Part shown: one piece after another, positions 10,832 to 20,819 of the stretch
Numbering within the stretch: position 1 is the stretch's first letter
How the letters are laid out: each line of letters opens with the position of its first letter
Position numbers and translations under genes: made by a program
NCBI GenBank assembly: GCA_016839555.1
Contig: JAEOUA010000010.1
Span: 96,001 to 160,000, forward strand
Length of the DNA stretch: 64,000 nt
Origin: Promethearchaeota archaeon
Lineage (GTDB): Archaea > Asgardarchaeota > Lokiarchaeia > Sigyniarchaeales > SOKP01
Direction of reading: 5' to 3'
The notes under the pieces: generated by a model
What the model was told of the DNA's origin: nothing
Database searches by the model: none
What the model saw: the letters and a program-made list of their open reading frames with translations, nothing else

Positions 10832-11842
10832 ATGGAAATAGATAATTTAGCATTAAATCTTGATAAAATCAGAAAGGAATATCCGGATAATCCCCTAGAT
10901 TTTTTTAAAGGAAAGCGATTGTGTCTCTTTAAGGCTTGTCTTGAGAAATATTTTCCTGGAGTCCGTTTTGGGATTGAAAATTTATTAGAAACATTGGGAC
11001 TTAAAGTATCGGTGTGCGAAAATCAATCGTGCTGTGCCGGAACTTTTTTTCAGAGGAATTTAATTACGCGAGCTCAATTTGCCGCAATTAATGAGCGAAA
11101 TCTTAATGAAATTAATAAACAGGCAGATATTTTATTAGTAAGTTGTAATGGTTGTTACAATTCTTTATTAAGAGGTAGAGACTTCCTAAAAACTCCAGAA
11201 ATTAGACGAAAAACCCAACAAATATTAGATGGAATAAAAAAAGAGATGGGAGGGGAAAGTTATCCTGGTCAATATAAGATACTTGAAAATCCCAATTTAA
11301 GAATCGTTCATGACTTAGATTTTATTTATTTAATTCGAAAAGAAGTTTTAAATACTTTAAAATATGATTTAAAAGGATTAAAAATTGCGATCCATTATGG
11401 ATGTCATTATTTAAATCTTGAGAGAGATAAAGATATGGAGGCGTATTTAAGAGATTCTTTTAAATTGGAAGAACTCGTAAAACTTTTTGGAGGAGTACCA
11501 GTGGATTATTCTGAGAGAGAAGCATGTTGCGGCTGGGGTGCTTCACAAATTGTTATTCATCCTGAGGAGGCATTACAAGTTACATATAAAAAACTGAAAA
11601 GTGCTGAAAATGTAAATGCTTGCTTTTTATTAATGCCTTGTCCCACTTGCTTGTATACTCTCAGCAAGCCTGAATTTCGAGAAATGATGGGGGAAATGTA
11701 CAATGAAAAGCTGGAAATAGCAACTATACATTTAAATGAATTAATTGCTATTTTAAGGGGTTGTGAAGAAGATCAATGTATTAGTTTAAAAAGAACATCT
11801 CCTCGAATTCATTTAATATATGAAACCCTCACAAAAGAATAA
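10832..11842 (+). CDS. hdrB: Heterodisulfide reductase subunit B (two CCG domains)
   Basis: SCCAG, CNGCY, HYGCH, CCGWG, PCPTC. Confidence 0.85.
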   Translation: MEIDNLALNLDKIRKEYPDNPLDFFKGKRLCLFKACLEKYFPGVRFGIENLLETLGLKVSVCENQSCCAGTFFQRNLITRAQFAAINERNLNEINKQADILLVSCNGCYNSLLRGRDFLKTPEIRRKTQQILDGIKKEMGGESYPGQYKILENPNLRIVHDLDFIYLIRKEVLNTLKYDLKGLKIAIHYGCHYLNLERDKDMEAYLRDSFKLEELVKLFGGVPVDYSEREACCGWGASQIVIHPEEALQVTYKKLKSAENVNACFLLMPCPTCLYTLSKPEFREMMGEMYNEKLEIATIHLNELIAILRGCEEDQCISLKRTSPRIHLIYETLTKE

Positions 11843-11849
11843 GATACTT

Positions 11850-12100
11850 AATGTATATATTATAAGGCTATTATCATTTATTGCTGATATTAGAGTTTCC
11901 TTTTTATTAAGATCAAGTTTAATAAATTCTAAATCTTCCTCCATTGATTCTTCTATCTTTATTCCTTTTATAGTATTTTTTCCCTCTAGAATAAATTAAG
12001 AGCTGAGTTAAGATTCAATAAAATTTTTTGCAATGAATTCAAAAATGGTGCGGCAAATTGAATTTCCAATTCTAAAAGTACTTCCAATGGAAAAAATTTT
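11850..12100 (-). pseudogene. Possible degraded NAD(P)-binding Rossmann gene remnant (boundaries approximate)
   Basis: One frame reads FSIGSTFRIGNSICRTIFEFIAKNFIES*LSS*FILEGKNT...FIKLDLNKKETLISAINDNSLIIY, with two stops. Confidence 0.3.
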
Positions 12101-12434
12101 TTCATTTCAATCGAATTAATTATTAGACTATTAAATTTTATCCAATTAAGCATTTTGATAATATTCCATAAATCTCAACATAGAAAAATAATTGAAAAAT
12201 GATATTTTTTTCTAAATACTGAAAAATTATCATATTAAACGCGCCTAATAAATTTTAATTATATAGAGAAAAAAAATTAGATTTAGTTTAATTAATTAAA
12301 ACTTTATTCCATTATGAATTTATAAGAGTAAAAATTTTTTTTTTGAACAAAATTTATAAACTTATAAATTATTATTAAAACAAAATTTACAAAAAAAATA
12401 TAAAATATCTTTATCTTACGAAGGAGGTAAAAAT

Positions 12435-12626
12435 ATGTCAGAAAGAATAAATAATATGACAAAAATTGTCCAATTAATTCTCTTAATAACACTTGTGGTA
12501 GTGGGTGTAATTATAGCAATAGGTTTTATTATACTAAATTTAATTAGGCTACCAGCACTTCTAGAACAAATTGAACAAATGACAACTTATATTATGTTAA
12601 TTTTATTGCTATTCATAACTCCTTAA
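12435..12626 (+). CDS. Small membrane protein
   Basis: 63 aa, hydrophobic; AGGAGGT SD-like motif upstream; poly-T tract downstream. Confidence 0.65.
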   Translation: MSERINNMTKIVQLILLITLVVVGVIIAIGFIILNLIRLPALLEQIEQMTTYIMLILLLFITP

Positions 12627-12662
12627 TATATAATCTTGAAAGATCTGGAAATGATCAATCAA

Positions 12663-12677
12663 GTTTTTTTTTTTTTT
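12663..12677 (+). terminator. Oligo-T tract, putative archaeal terminator
   Basis: Long T run ~35 nt after the stop of 12435-12626. Confidence 0.4.
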
Positions 12678-12820
12678 AATATATTATACATATCCAAGGA
12701 GTTCTTTTATGAAGTTATGGATTTTCAACTATTTAAATAAGATACTCGGGATTGAAATTAATGAAATACTAATTTTCATTTTTTAGGATTACTAAATAAT
12801 GGAGAAATATTAGAAATCTT

Positions 12821-13219
12821 TCATTTACTCTCTTTTATGGCCCCCCTTGGACAGGAATCGATACAAATTAAACAGCCTATGCATTTATCCTCAGAAAATT
12901 CAATTTCATCATCCTCATTATAATGTAACGCCTCCACTACACAGAGACTCAAGCATGCTCCACAGTGAATGCATAAATCCTTATCTAAAACAACTCTTCC
13001 TTTCTTATTTACTTGGATTTCGTTGCGCATTAAAGATTCTGAAATCTGCTTTGTTTTTTCTTCTGGGATATCTAATAAGAGATTTATGCCTTCTGAGGTA
13101 GTAGAAAATTTTAAAATATTAAAAGAAACCCTATTTTTTAAGATTTCATTAATAATTTTTGAATAGTCATCAATTTTCTTAATTAAATGGAATGGAACAG
13201 TCACGTTTATTATTGTCAT
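12821..13219 (-). CDS. NIL-like domain plus 2x[4Fe-4S] ferredoxin (MA1822/MJ0099-like)
   Basis: CIHCGACLSLC and CIGCLICIDSCP; immediately downstream of the DUF39-CBS gene. Confidence 0.85.
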   Translation of the reverse strand: MTIINVTVPFHLIKKIDDYSKIINEILKNRVSFNILKFSTTSEGINLLLDIPEEKTKQISESLMRNEIQVNKKGRVVLDKDLCIHCGACLSLCVVEALHYNEDDEIEFSEDKCIGCLICIDSCPRGAIKESK

Positions 13220-13224
13220 TTATA

Positions 13225-14703
13225 TCATCGCCCCAATAGCTCCTCAGAACTAATTATCCCCACAACATAATTTTTATCATCAATCACAGGTAATGCCGAA
13301 ATATCATGTTTTTTCATTTTTCGGGCGGCAACCTCTACGGGTTCATTATCAGATGTTGTGACTACTTTCTTAGTGATAATATCCTCCAATGAATCTTTAT
13401 TTTTAGCGACAGCTTTAGTAATATCAAAACTGGTCACAATTCCTTTTAACTTGTTTTCTCGATCGGTTATGACGATATGATTTATATTTTGATTAATAAT
13501 TTTCTCTGCAACAATTTTAATGTCGCAATCATCATAGCAAATAACAGCTTTCTTTTTTAAGTCTTTGACAAACTTAATTTTATCTGTTTGTCTCATTGGC
13601 TTATATTCTGTATCTATTGGTAAGGTTTTTGCTGGGGGATTTAGGAAAAATTTTCCATTTTCAATCCACTCTTTCAAGTCATTTGCGATTTTTCTCGCAT
13701 TATAGAGTGAAGACATGGATGAACATTTAACTTTTTGCCCGTTTATTTCTATATAACCACTTTTTAATTCTTTATAATTTGTTTTTCCTATTGTTGGTCT
13801 ATCTCGTCGAGGGACACCATAATCAACAATTTCTGTTATAATATTTTCATCTTTAATAGCGGTCTTTTTTGCTAATCCTTCGTTTAGAATTGGTATTGGG
13901 ACACCGACCCCAACAAACATTGATGTTCCATACTTTTCATAATTAACACCCCTTAGATACTCTTTATTCATTTGTTTTAAATCTCCCTTTACAAATAATG
14001 TACCAAAACGTTCTTTAGGATTATGTTGCGTGCCATGTCCCATAATATAACCAACCCCACCTCCCAAAAAGATTCTTGTACCTATTCCAATTGTTTCATA
14101 ATCAGGATCATTCGATAATGGATTTAAACATCCCGCACCACAATAATGTGCATTACCAAAATTTGGAAGTAACTTGCCCATATAGGTGTAGAGGGTTCTA
14201 TCGGTACTATTTACCGCACATACATACCTCTGATAAGCATTTCGAGGATTACATAATATTGCTTGATTTAAATCATCAATTGTAAAATAAGTGTCTATTT
14301 CTCCTAGAGGATAGCAATCTGTTGTGTTTGAAATCCCTCTCAGCCTTATTTGTTTTCCGGATACTAATTCTTCGATAACATTTCCCCCACCGTATTCGAA
14401 TGGTCTTTTATCTGCCATACGTGTCACGCCAATATAACAATCTACGGCGGCATTTCCATGATATGCATGAACTTCATTGAGCCAAAGATGATCAAATTTA
14501 ATTGGAGGATCCGAATGGCCAAAATTAAGGAATGCTCCGGAACTACACATTGGACCAAATGTTCCGGTTGTCACTATATCTATTTCCTCAGCAGCAACCT
14601 TAGGACCACTTTCCTCAACGATTTTGATCATTTCTTCCGCTGTGACTACAACAGCCTCACCGTTTTTTATTTTTTGGTTTATTTCTTTATATGTTTTCGT
14701 CAC
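13225..14703 (-). CDS. L-aspartate semialdehyde sulfurtransferase (DUF39 + CBS pair; MA1821/MJ0100-like homocysteine synthesis)
   Basis: EINQKIKNGEAVVVTAEEM, DIVTTGTFGPMCSSGAFLNFGHSDPP, NPRNAYQRY, C-terminal CBS pair. Confidence 0.92.
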   Translation of the reverse strand: MTKTYKEINQKIKNGEAVVVTAEEMIKIVEESGPKVAAEEIDIVTTGTFGPMCSSGAFLNFGHSDPPIKFDHLWLNEVHAYHGNAAVDCYIGVTRMADKRPFEYGGGNVIEELVSGKQIRLRGISNTTDCYPLGEIDTYFTIDDLNQAILCNPRNAYQRYVCAVNSTDRTLYTYMGKLLPNFGNAHYCGAGCLNPLSNDPDYETIGIGTRIFLGGGVGYIMGHGTQHNPKERFGTLFVKGDLKQMNKEYLRGVNYEKYGTSMFVGVGVPIPILNEGLAKKTAIKDENIITEIVDYGVPRRDRPTIGKTNYKELKSGYIEINGQKVKCSSMSSLYNARKIANDLKEWIENGKFFLNPPAKTLPIDTEYKPMRQTDKIKFVKDLKKKAVICYDDCDIKIVAEKIINQNINHIVITDRENKLKGIVTSFDITKAVAKNKDSLEDIITKKVVTTSDNEPVEVAARKMKKHDISALPVIDDKNYVVGIISSEELLGR

Positions 14704-14799
14704 AACATCACCAATTTAATAGTATATTATAATCTATTTTAAGTTAAATAATTATTACCTTAGGAAAAACTAATTCACTTAAAAAGATTTAAATTTTCT

Positions 14800-14838
14800 T
14801 TATGCTTTTGATGCATAATATATTCTTAAAATGCATAA
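14800..14838. promoter_or_regulatory. Candidate tandem palindromic operator between divergent genes
   Basis: TTATGC-N7-GCATAA (14800-14818) and a degenerate copy ATATTC-N7-GCATAA (14820-14838), 20-bp period. Confidence 0.55.
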
Positions 14839-14855
14839 TGATATTTGAAGCTTAA

Positions 14856-15416
14856 ATGTTGCCTGAATTAGATGAAATTGCACAAAAGAGAAAAAATTTA
14901 AATTTAAGTCAAGAGGAATTAGCCAGAATATGCAATATGACCCAATCTACAATATCAAGAATCGAAAATGGGCTTATAGATCCACCTTATTCGAAAGTCA
15001 AAAAAGTCTTCGAAAAATTAGAAAGTGAAAAAAAAAAGAAAAGTAGTAGTATCTTAAACAATAAGATTGAGGATATTATGACTAAAGAAATTATTTCTAT
15101 ATCTCCTGAAAATAAATTAAAAGACGCAATAGCCCTAATGAGTAAATATAATATTTCTCAATTACCGATTTTCGATAATAATCGTAATTTTGGCAGTATT
15201 ACATCTAAAAAAGCCCAAAAACTTATAATCGGAAATCCTGACCTTTTAAACGTAAAGCTTGCGGACTTGAAAGAGCTATCATTTCCAGAAATTGACAGGG
15301 ATTGGAATTTGAAGCATGTTTCTGATTTGCTAACAAAATACTCGGCAATATTAGTAAAAGAATTTGATAAATATGTCGGAATTATAACAGACGCAGATTT
15401 TTTAAAACTTACATAA
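14856..15416 (+). CDS. XRE-HTH + CBS-domain transcriptional regulator
   Basis: RKNLNLSQEELARICNMTQSTISRIENGLIDPPYS, followed by a CBS pair. Confidence 0.92.
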   Translation: MLPELDEIAQKRKNLNLSQEELARICNMTQSTISRIENGLIDPPYSKVKKVFEKLESEKKKKSSSILNNKIEDIMTKEIISISPENKLKDAIALMSKYNISQLPIFDNNRNFGSITSKKAQKLIIGNPDLLNVKLADLKELSFPEIDRDWNLKHVSDLLTKYSAILVKEFDKYVGIITDADFLKLT

Positions 15417-15492
15417 ATTTGAAAAAATCTACTATTTGAATGTTTTTATATAATTAATAATTAGTTTAATAATATAAAAGGAGGTAAAAAAT

Positions 15493-16011
15493 ATGGAATT
15501 TTATGAAGTTATCCAAAAAAGAAGGAGTTATCGATTTTATGATGAATCACAAATGCCTGAAAAAGAGGCAATTGAGAAAATAATAAATGCCGCTCGATTA
15601 GCACCAACTTGGGCGAATATGCAAGGAGTTCAATATATTATAGTTCAAGAAAAAGATATTGTAAAAAAAATCTGGAAAGCAATTGGTCAAGGGAAAAAAT
15701 TTAATAATGCACCAATGTTTATAATAGGATTTATAGCCGAAAGAGATTCTGGCAAAAATAAAAATGGTGAATTATATTACCCTGTGGATTTTGGCATCTG
15801 CTTTGAACAATTAATTTTAGCTGCTACCGCGGAAGGGCTGGGAACGTGTTGGATAGGGTTTTTTAATGAAGAAAAAATCAAAGAGATTTTACAAATTCCT
15901 GAAAAATATCGTGTTTTAGGTTTAACCCCCTTGGGTTATCCATTAAAACCGAAAGAGGATGAATCTCCTCGAAAGAATATAGAAGAAATGATTCATTGGG
16001 AGAGATTTTAA
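15493..16011 (+). CDS. Nitroreductase family protein
   Basis: IQKRRSYR, ARLAPTWANMQ, LAATAEGLGTCWIG, LGYP. Confidence 0.92.
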   Translation: MEFYEVIQKRRSYRFYDESQMPEKEAIEKIINAARLAPTWANMQGVQYIIVQEKDIVKKIWKAIGQGKKFNNAPMFIIGFIAERDSGKNKNGELYYPVDFGICFEQLILAATAEGLGTCWIGFFNEEKIKEILQIPEKYRVLGLTPLGYPLKPKEDESPRKNIEEMIHWERF

Positions 16012-16064
16012 TAAAATTAGTTGAAGCTTTTTATTAAGTTATTATTTTATTAATAGCTATGGCT

Positions 16065-16334
16065 TTAGCCCCATTCACTTTTATAGCCTGTCCCTCCAGG
16101 AGGCCAAGAAAATTGAATAGCATCTTCCGGACAAATATACCAGCAAGAGGCGCATTCCATACACTCCTCTAGCGTTTTGATGTTGGCTTTCTTATCCACA
16201 ATTTCAAAACAGCCCGCTAAACACACATTTACACAGTTCGCGCATCCAGTACATTTATCCTCATCAATCTTTATAAATTCGCCAGTTCCTTCAATCCATT
16301 CCACACCTGGAAATTTTTCCGAAGTTTTGACCAT
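16065..16334 (-). CDS. Ferredoxin (FixX-like)
   Basis: CTGCANCVNVC, CMECASCWYICP, C-terminal WPPGGTGY. Confidence 0.88.
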   Translation of the reverse strand: MVKTSEKFPGVEWIEGTGEFIKIDEDKCTGCANCVNVCLAGCFEIVDKKANIKTLEECMECASCWYICPEDAIQFSWPPGGTGYKSEWG

Positions 16335-16347
16335 ACTTTTTTACACC

Positions 16348-18015
16348 TCAGGTATAAACCTCAAATATTGATGGATTAGCTTTATCTACAAAATCTATTA
16401 ATTTATTACTCATTTTATCTGTTATAGGCTTAGTTAATTTTAAAAGTGCAAAATAAATAGGTTCAAAAATCCGTAAGAAGCCTTTTAAAAAAGTATTTAT
16501 GGAGTTCGAAAGGGGTATCATAATCGGTTTAAGAATTTTTTTCAATTTTCGAAGCGCCCTCATTCCTACATCAATCACGCGCATCCAGCGAAGAAATTTT
16601 CTTTCCTTTTTCCTTATTACTTTTGAAAATGAAACTTTATTTAGCCTTTTTCGGGAAAATCCATAGCTCTCATGAAGCCAGTTTTGATAATAGCGAAAAA
16701 ACATTTTAAACCATTTGCTAATAATGGTTGGGTCTTTATTGAGATAAGGGAGGAGTAGTTGCAAGAACGGAGAAATAAAAGAACTTAATGCACCTAATCC
16801 CCAACCATTATGAATATATTTCTTAAGTTTCTTTAAATTATGATCTTCTTGCGCGAAGCGTAAATTATATCGGTTTCTACCAGAAATAGACCATTCTATT
16901 ATGGGATGGCTTCGTATTATAGTCTCATATTTTTTTAGAAATTTTTTTGAAACATCATTCGCCTCTATAGCCTGTATGGCGACCTCAGCTGCAATTTCAG
17001 ATGAAAACCAAGCTGCTGGCACACCATCACATAATTCAGTACTTTCTAATCCCGCAACATCTCCTATTAAAATCATCCCATTAGTCACCATTGGGTTTTT
17101 GCGGAGTTCTTCATTCAATCCCACATAAATTTCGAAGCCCTCCCACATTCTTGCCCGCAAATTAGCCCGTGGGGCAATCAAATCCCTCCACCATGGCAAT
17201 TTTGAAGTAATATTATGATGATATAAATCAAATACCTTTTGTAGATTTGGTATTTTTGCTTGATTGAGCCTTAAGCATTGATCTTGCATAAAATGAAGAC
17301 TATTTCGGTAAGGCCATACCATAAGACCATTTCCATATCCAAGGGGGGGTGCTGCCTTTTGCTCATCCCATCCCCAGCACATCTTAACGGAGTATCCAAA
17401 GATTTTATCAATATCTTTTTTCAGCATGATATAATCGTAAGCATCTGCCAGTGATATAGTTTCTGGAGGATATTTCTCACGCATACCTGCCTTTATGGCC
17501 AACAATCCCTGAGATCCTTCTGCATTTATTATAAGTTTTGCTCTAAATTTTTCACCCTTATCAGTGATTATTCCTTGAATAAAACCATTTTCTTTAATAA
17601 AATTAGTTATAGTTGTCGAAGTATGTAATTCCGCTCCCGCTTCAATCGCTTTTTGCGCTTGCCATTGACAGAATGGTTTACAATAGGTATTATAACCAAA
17701 AGCAATAATCGGGGACAACGGTTTAGGTACTTTGAGGGAATCATCAAGTATAATATCACCTTTCTCTAAATCATTAATAATATAATTATCAATCCCATCA
17801 GAAGGTCTTTCAAATGGAGGATTACCATCTCTGATGAAAGATGGTCCGAATAAAAAGCCATAAAAAGGGATTGTTAAACCAGATATCACTTTATCGCCCA
17901 CATTTTTCGAGCGTTCAAATATGATGGTCTTTAGGCCCGCATCTGCGCAGAGTTTCGCAGCTACAGATCCACCGAATCCCGCTCCTATGACGATAATATC
18001 GTATTCTTCTTCCAT
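16348..18015 (-). CDS. FAD-dependent oxidoreductase, FixC/geranylgeranyl reductase family, with C-terminal extension
   Basis: YDIIVIGAGFGG, INAEG, LIGDVAG; paired with the FixX-like ferredoxin. Confidence 0.8.
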   Translation of the reverse strand: MEEEYDIIVIGAGFGGSVAAKLCADAGLKTIIFERSKNVGDKVISGLTIPFYGFLFGPSFIRDGNPPFERPSDGIDNYIINDLEKGDIILDDSLKVPKPLSPIIAFGYNTYCKPFCQWQAQKAIEAGAELHTSTTITNFIKENGFIQGIITDKGEKFRAKLIINAEGSQGLLAIKAGMREKYPPETISLADAYDYIMLKKDIDKIFGYSVKMCWGWDEQKAAPPLGYGNGLMVWPYRNSLHFMQDQCLRLNQAKIPNLQKVFDLYHHNITSKLPWWRDLIAPRANLRARMWEGFEIYVGLNEELRKNPMVTNGMILIGDVAGLESTELCDGVPAAWFSSEIAAEVAIQAIEANDVSKKFLKKYETIIRSHPIIEWSISGRNRYNLRFAQEDHNLKKLKKYIHNGWGLGALSSFISPFLQLLLPYLNKDPTIISKWFKMFFRYYQNWLHESYGFSRKRLNKVSFSKVIRKKERKFLRWMRVIDVGMRALRKLKKILKPIMIPLSNSINTFLKGFLRIFEPIYFALLKLTKPITDKMSNKLIDFVDKANPSIFEVYT

Positions 18016-18289
18016 TATTAAAATATCAGAATAAAAAACCTATTTAATGTTACTAATTGTTTTTTTAGAAATAAATAGTTATAATTCCGAAGATATAAAG
18101 ACATTAAAAATCGATAAGAGCTAAAATTTTATCAAAATAATTTCAAAAAATCCCGACAATAAATACTAATCCTTTTTTCTAGATATCTTCTATAAAAAAA
18201 ATTTTAATCAAAAAAATTTAATCTATTATTTAATCTATGAAATAATCTAATAATAGCTTTAACAATAAAAAAAATAGGAAAAAGATTAG

Positions 18290-18679
18290 TTAAATCAAAA
18301 TGAAATAGAAAAATATTACAAATATTACGTTAACTATAAAGGAAATAATGCCTACAATAATTCCAGCTTTCGCATATCCATTTACTCCTTCCTCTCGAAG
18401 ACTTTTTCTCCCTAAATACACCCCAACCACGCTTAAGGGCCATAAGAAAAAAAAACTAAATATAGAGAGAACCATTGCTGCAATTCCTTTTCGAGGTTTT
18501 CCAGAGGGTCGTGTGGAAGAGAAAATACTGGGATCAAGTTGATATCTGTCTGATTCTGGTTCTTGAGAATTATTCCTTATATAATCTTTTCTTATAACAA
18601 TTTCTTGACATTCAACACAGAGAAAACCTTCTTTGATTTCCTTTCCGCAATGAGCACAATAAGGCATATCGTTAACCAA
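18290..18679 (-). CDS. Zinc-ribbon + DUF4190-like membrane protein
   Basis: YCAHCG...CVEC; two C-terminal TM helices with AKAGIIVGII. Confidence 0.7.
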   Translation of the reverse strand: MVNDMPYCAHCGKEIKEGFLCVECQEIVIRKDYIRNNSQEPESDRYQLDPSIFSSTRPSGKPRKGIAAMVLSIFSFFFLWPLSVVGVYLGRKSLREEGVNGYAKAGIIVGIISFIVNVIFVIFFYFILI

Positions 18680-18813
18680 AATTTTTATTAGAAATTATTC
18701 GCAATTAAAATTTTCAATAAATAATTAATTATTTTATTATTCTATAATAAAAAATTTTTATTACTAATTAGATTTTTTTATCTAACTTTAATCAAAAGAG
18801 TACAAAATGAATT

Positions 18814-20532
18814 ATGAACTTAGTACGAATTAATACAAAAACAAATCAAATAAACTACCAAGAGATTACGAAAGATTCGCCATATTTTCTATTTGGTGCT
18901 CGCGGATTAACATCAAAAATCGTATTTGAGGAGGTTCCTCCAGAGGCAGATCCTATAGGAAAATATAATAAATTAATTATCGCTAATGGGTTATTAACAG
19001 GAAGTCCTTTCCCGAATTCTGGTCGAACCTCAGTTGGTGGTAAAAGTCCTCTCACGGGTGGAATTAAGGAAGCAAATGTGGGCGGAAGAGGGGCTATGAT
19101 GCTTGCTCAGAATGGTATAAGAGCGCTTATTTTAGAAGATCAATCGGAGACATGGAAAATTATAGTAATTGATAATGATGGTATCCATATAGAAGACGGA
19201 CAAGGATATAGTGGATTAGGAAATTATGAGTTACACGAGAAATTATATAAGAAATACGGAGATCGAGTCGCCATCTATTCCATTGGGCTTGCGGGAGAAC
19301 ACAAAATGAAAAATTCAACGGTTGCAGCTAATGATTTGGAGGGATATCCTTCACGCCATGCGGCAAGAGGGGGCTTAGGTGCGGTTATGGGCTCAAAAAA
19401 AATTAAAGCAATAATTATAGCACCACCTAAGAAATCCAAAGTTAATATAAATAATATTAAACGATTTCGCGAGGTTTCAAAACCCTTTGCTAAACAGCTA
19501 GCAACGACTAAGGAAACTTTTTCAACATTTGGTACAGCATTAATGATAAATTCGATGAGTGTATATGGAGGTTTGCCAACTAAGAGTTTCAGAAAAGGGT
19601 CATATGAGAAAGCAAACGAAATTTCTGGCGAAAAATTACACGATATAATTGTTGAAAGAAATGGAAAAAATAGATTAGGGTGTAGTCCTACTTGTGTAAT
19701 ACGGTGTTCACATTTAGTAAATGATGAAAAAGGAGAGCATATCACCTCAAGTCTAGAATATGAGACAATGGCAATGAATGGTTCCAACTTATTAATAGAT
19801 GATATAGATGTTTTGGCACAAATTGATCATAATTGCGATAATTTAGGACTCGACACTATTGAATTTGGATGTACATTGGGAGTTGCTATGGATGCGGGTA
19901 AAATTGAATGGGGAGATGCGGATAAGGTTTTCAAAATTTTTGAAGAAATTAAAAAAGGATCTGAAATTGGACATCTATATGGAAACGGAGTATGTAATTT
20001 AGCAAATGAGATCAATTATGACCGTGTTCCTCATGTTAAAGGACAAGGTTTGTCAGCATATGATCCTCGTGTCTTTAAAGGAATGAGCGTGACATTTGCC
20101 ACATCTCCTATGGGAGCTGATCATACAGCAGGTGCAGCTATTGCTGGAAGATCTGCAAGTGGTGGCAAAGATTATGGAGAATTAACGGAGAATAAGGGAA
20201 AATTGGAATTATCCTATGAATTACAAGTATACACGGCAGTGCTTGATTCTATGGGATGCTGCTATTTTATTGGGCCAAATTATGAGACCATGGATATTGT
20301 CGCTAAGGCATTAAATGCGATGTATGATATAAATTTAAAACAAAAAGATGTTATAAATATCGGAAAGCAAATACTGAAAAATGAAATTGAATTTAATAAG
20401 AAAGCTGGAATTTCTCAAGAGATGAATGATCTTCCAGAATTTTTTAGAAAGGAACCTTCAGATCCAGTTAATTTAGTTGTAGATATACCAAAAGAAGAGT
20501 TAAAAAATTTTTGGAAAAGATTGGAAGATTAA
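18814..20532 (+). CDS. aor: Aldehyde:ferredoxin oxidoreductase (tungstopterin AOR family)
   Basis: KSPLTGGIKEANVGG, AARGGLGAVMGSKKIKAI, EYET, CDNLGLDTI, GADHT. Confidence 0.93.
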   Translation: MNLVRINTKTNQINYQEITKDSPYFLFGARGLTSKIVFEEVPPEADPIGKYNKLIIANGLLTGSPFPNSGRTSVGGKSPLTGGIKEANVGGRGAMMLAQNGIRALILEDQSETWKIIVIDNDGIHIEDGQGYSGLGNYELHEKLYKKYGDRVAIYSIGLAGEHKMKNSTVAANDLEGYPSRHAARGGLGAVMGSKKIKAIIIAPPKKSKVNINNIKRFREVSKPFAKQLATTKETFSTFGTALMINSMSVYGGLPTKSFRKGSYEKANEISGEKLHDIIVERNGKNRLGCSPTCVIRCSHLVNDEKGEHITSSLEYETMAMNGSNLLIDDIDVLAQIDHNCDNLGLDTIEFGCTLGVAMDAGKIEWGDADKVFKIFEEIKKGSEIGHLYGNGVCNLANEINYDRVPHVKGQGLSAYDPRVFKGMSVTFATSPMGADHTAGAAIAGRSASGGKDYGELTENKGKLELSYELQVYTAVLDSMGCCYFIGPNYETMDIVAKALNAMYDINLKQKDVINIGKQILKNEIEFNKKAGISQEMNDLPEFFRKEPSDPVNLVVDIPKEELKNFWKRLED

Positions 20533-20819
20533 AAAATTTTGTTTATTTTTTTAACGGCAATATTTAATTATTAGTATTCGAATTCTGAACCTAAATTCTC
20601 TAAAGGTATTTTAATAATCCTTTTTTCATCATTATATATTTTCCTATAATGATAAAAATTTTACCTATTGTTCTAATGAGATATTCGAATTTTGCTTTGA
20701 TTGCCATCTCTTTTATTATGTAAGAAAATTTTTTATATGAAATTTGATCTTACTAATTTTAATAATTAATTTTTATAATTAATAGATATTCATTTAATCT
20801 ATCATTTAGGAGATGTATT

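Noticed and set aside
12304-12492. 62-aa minus-strand ORF
   Set aside because: Low-complexity AT-rich promoter sequence overlapping the better-supported plus-strand gene that has an SD-like motif.
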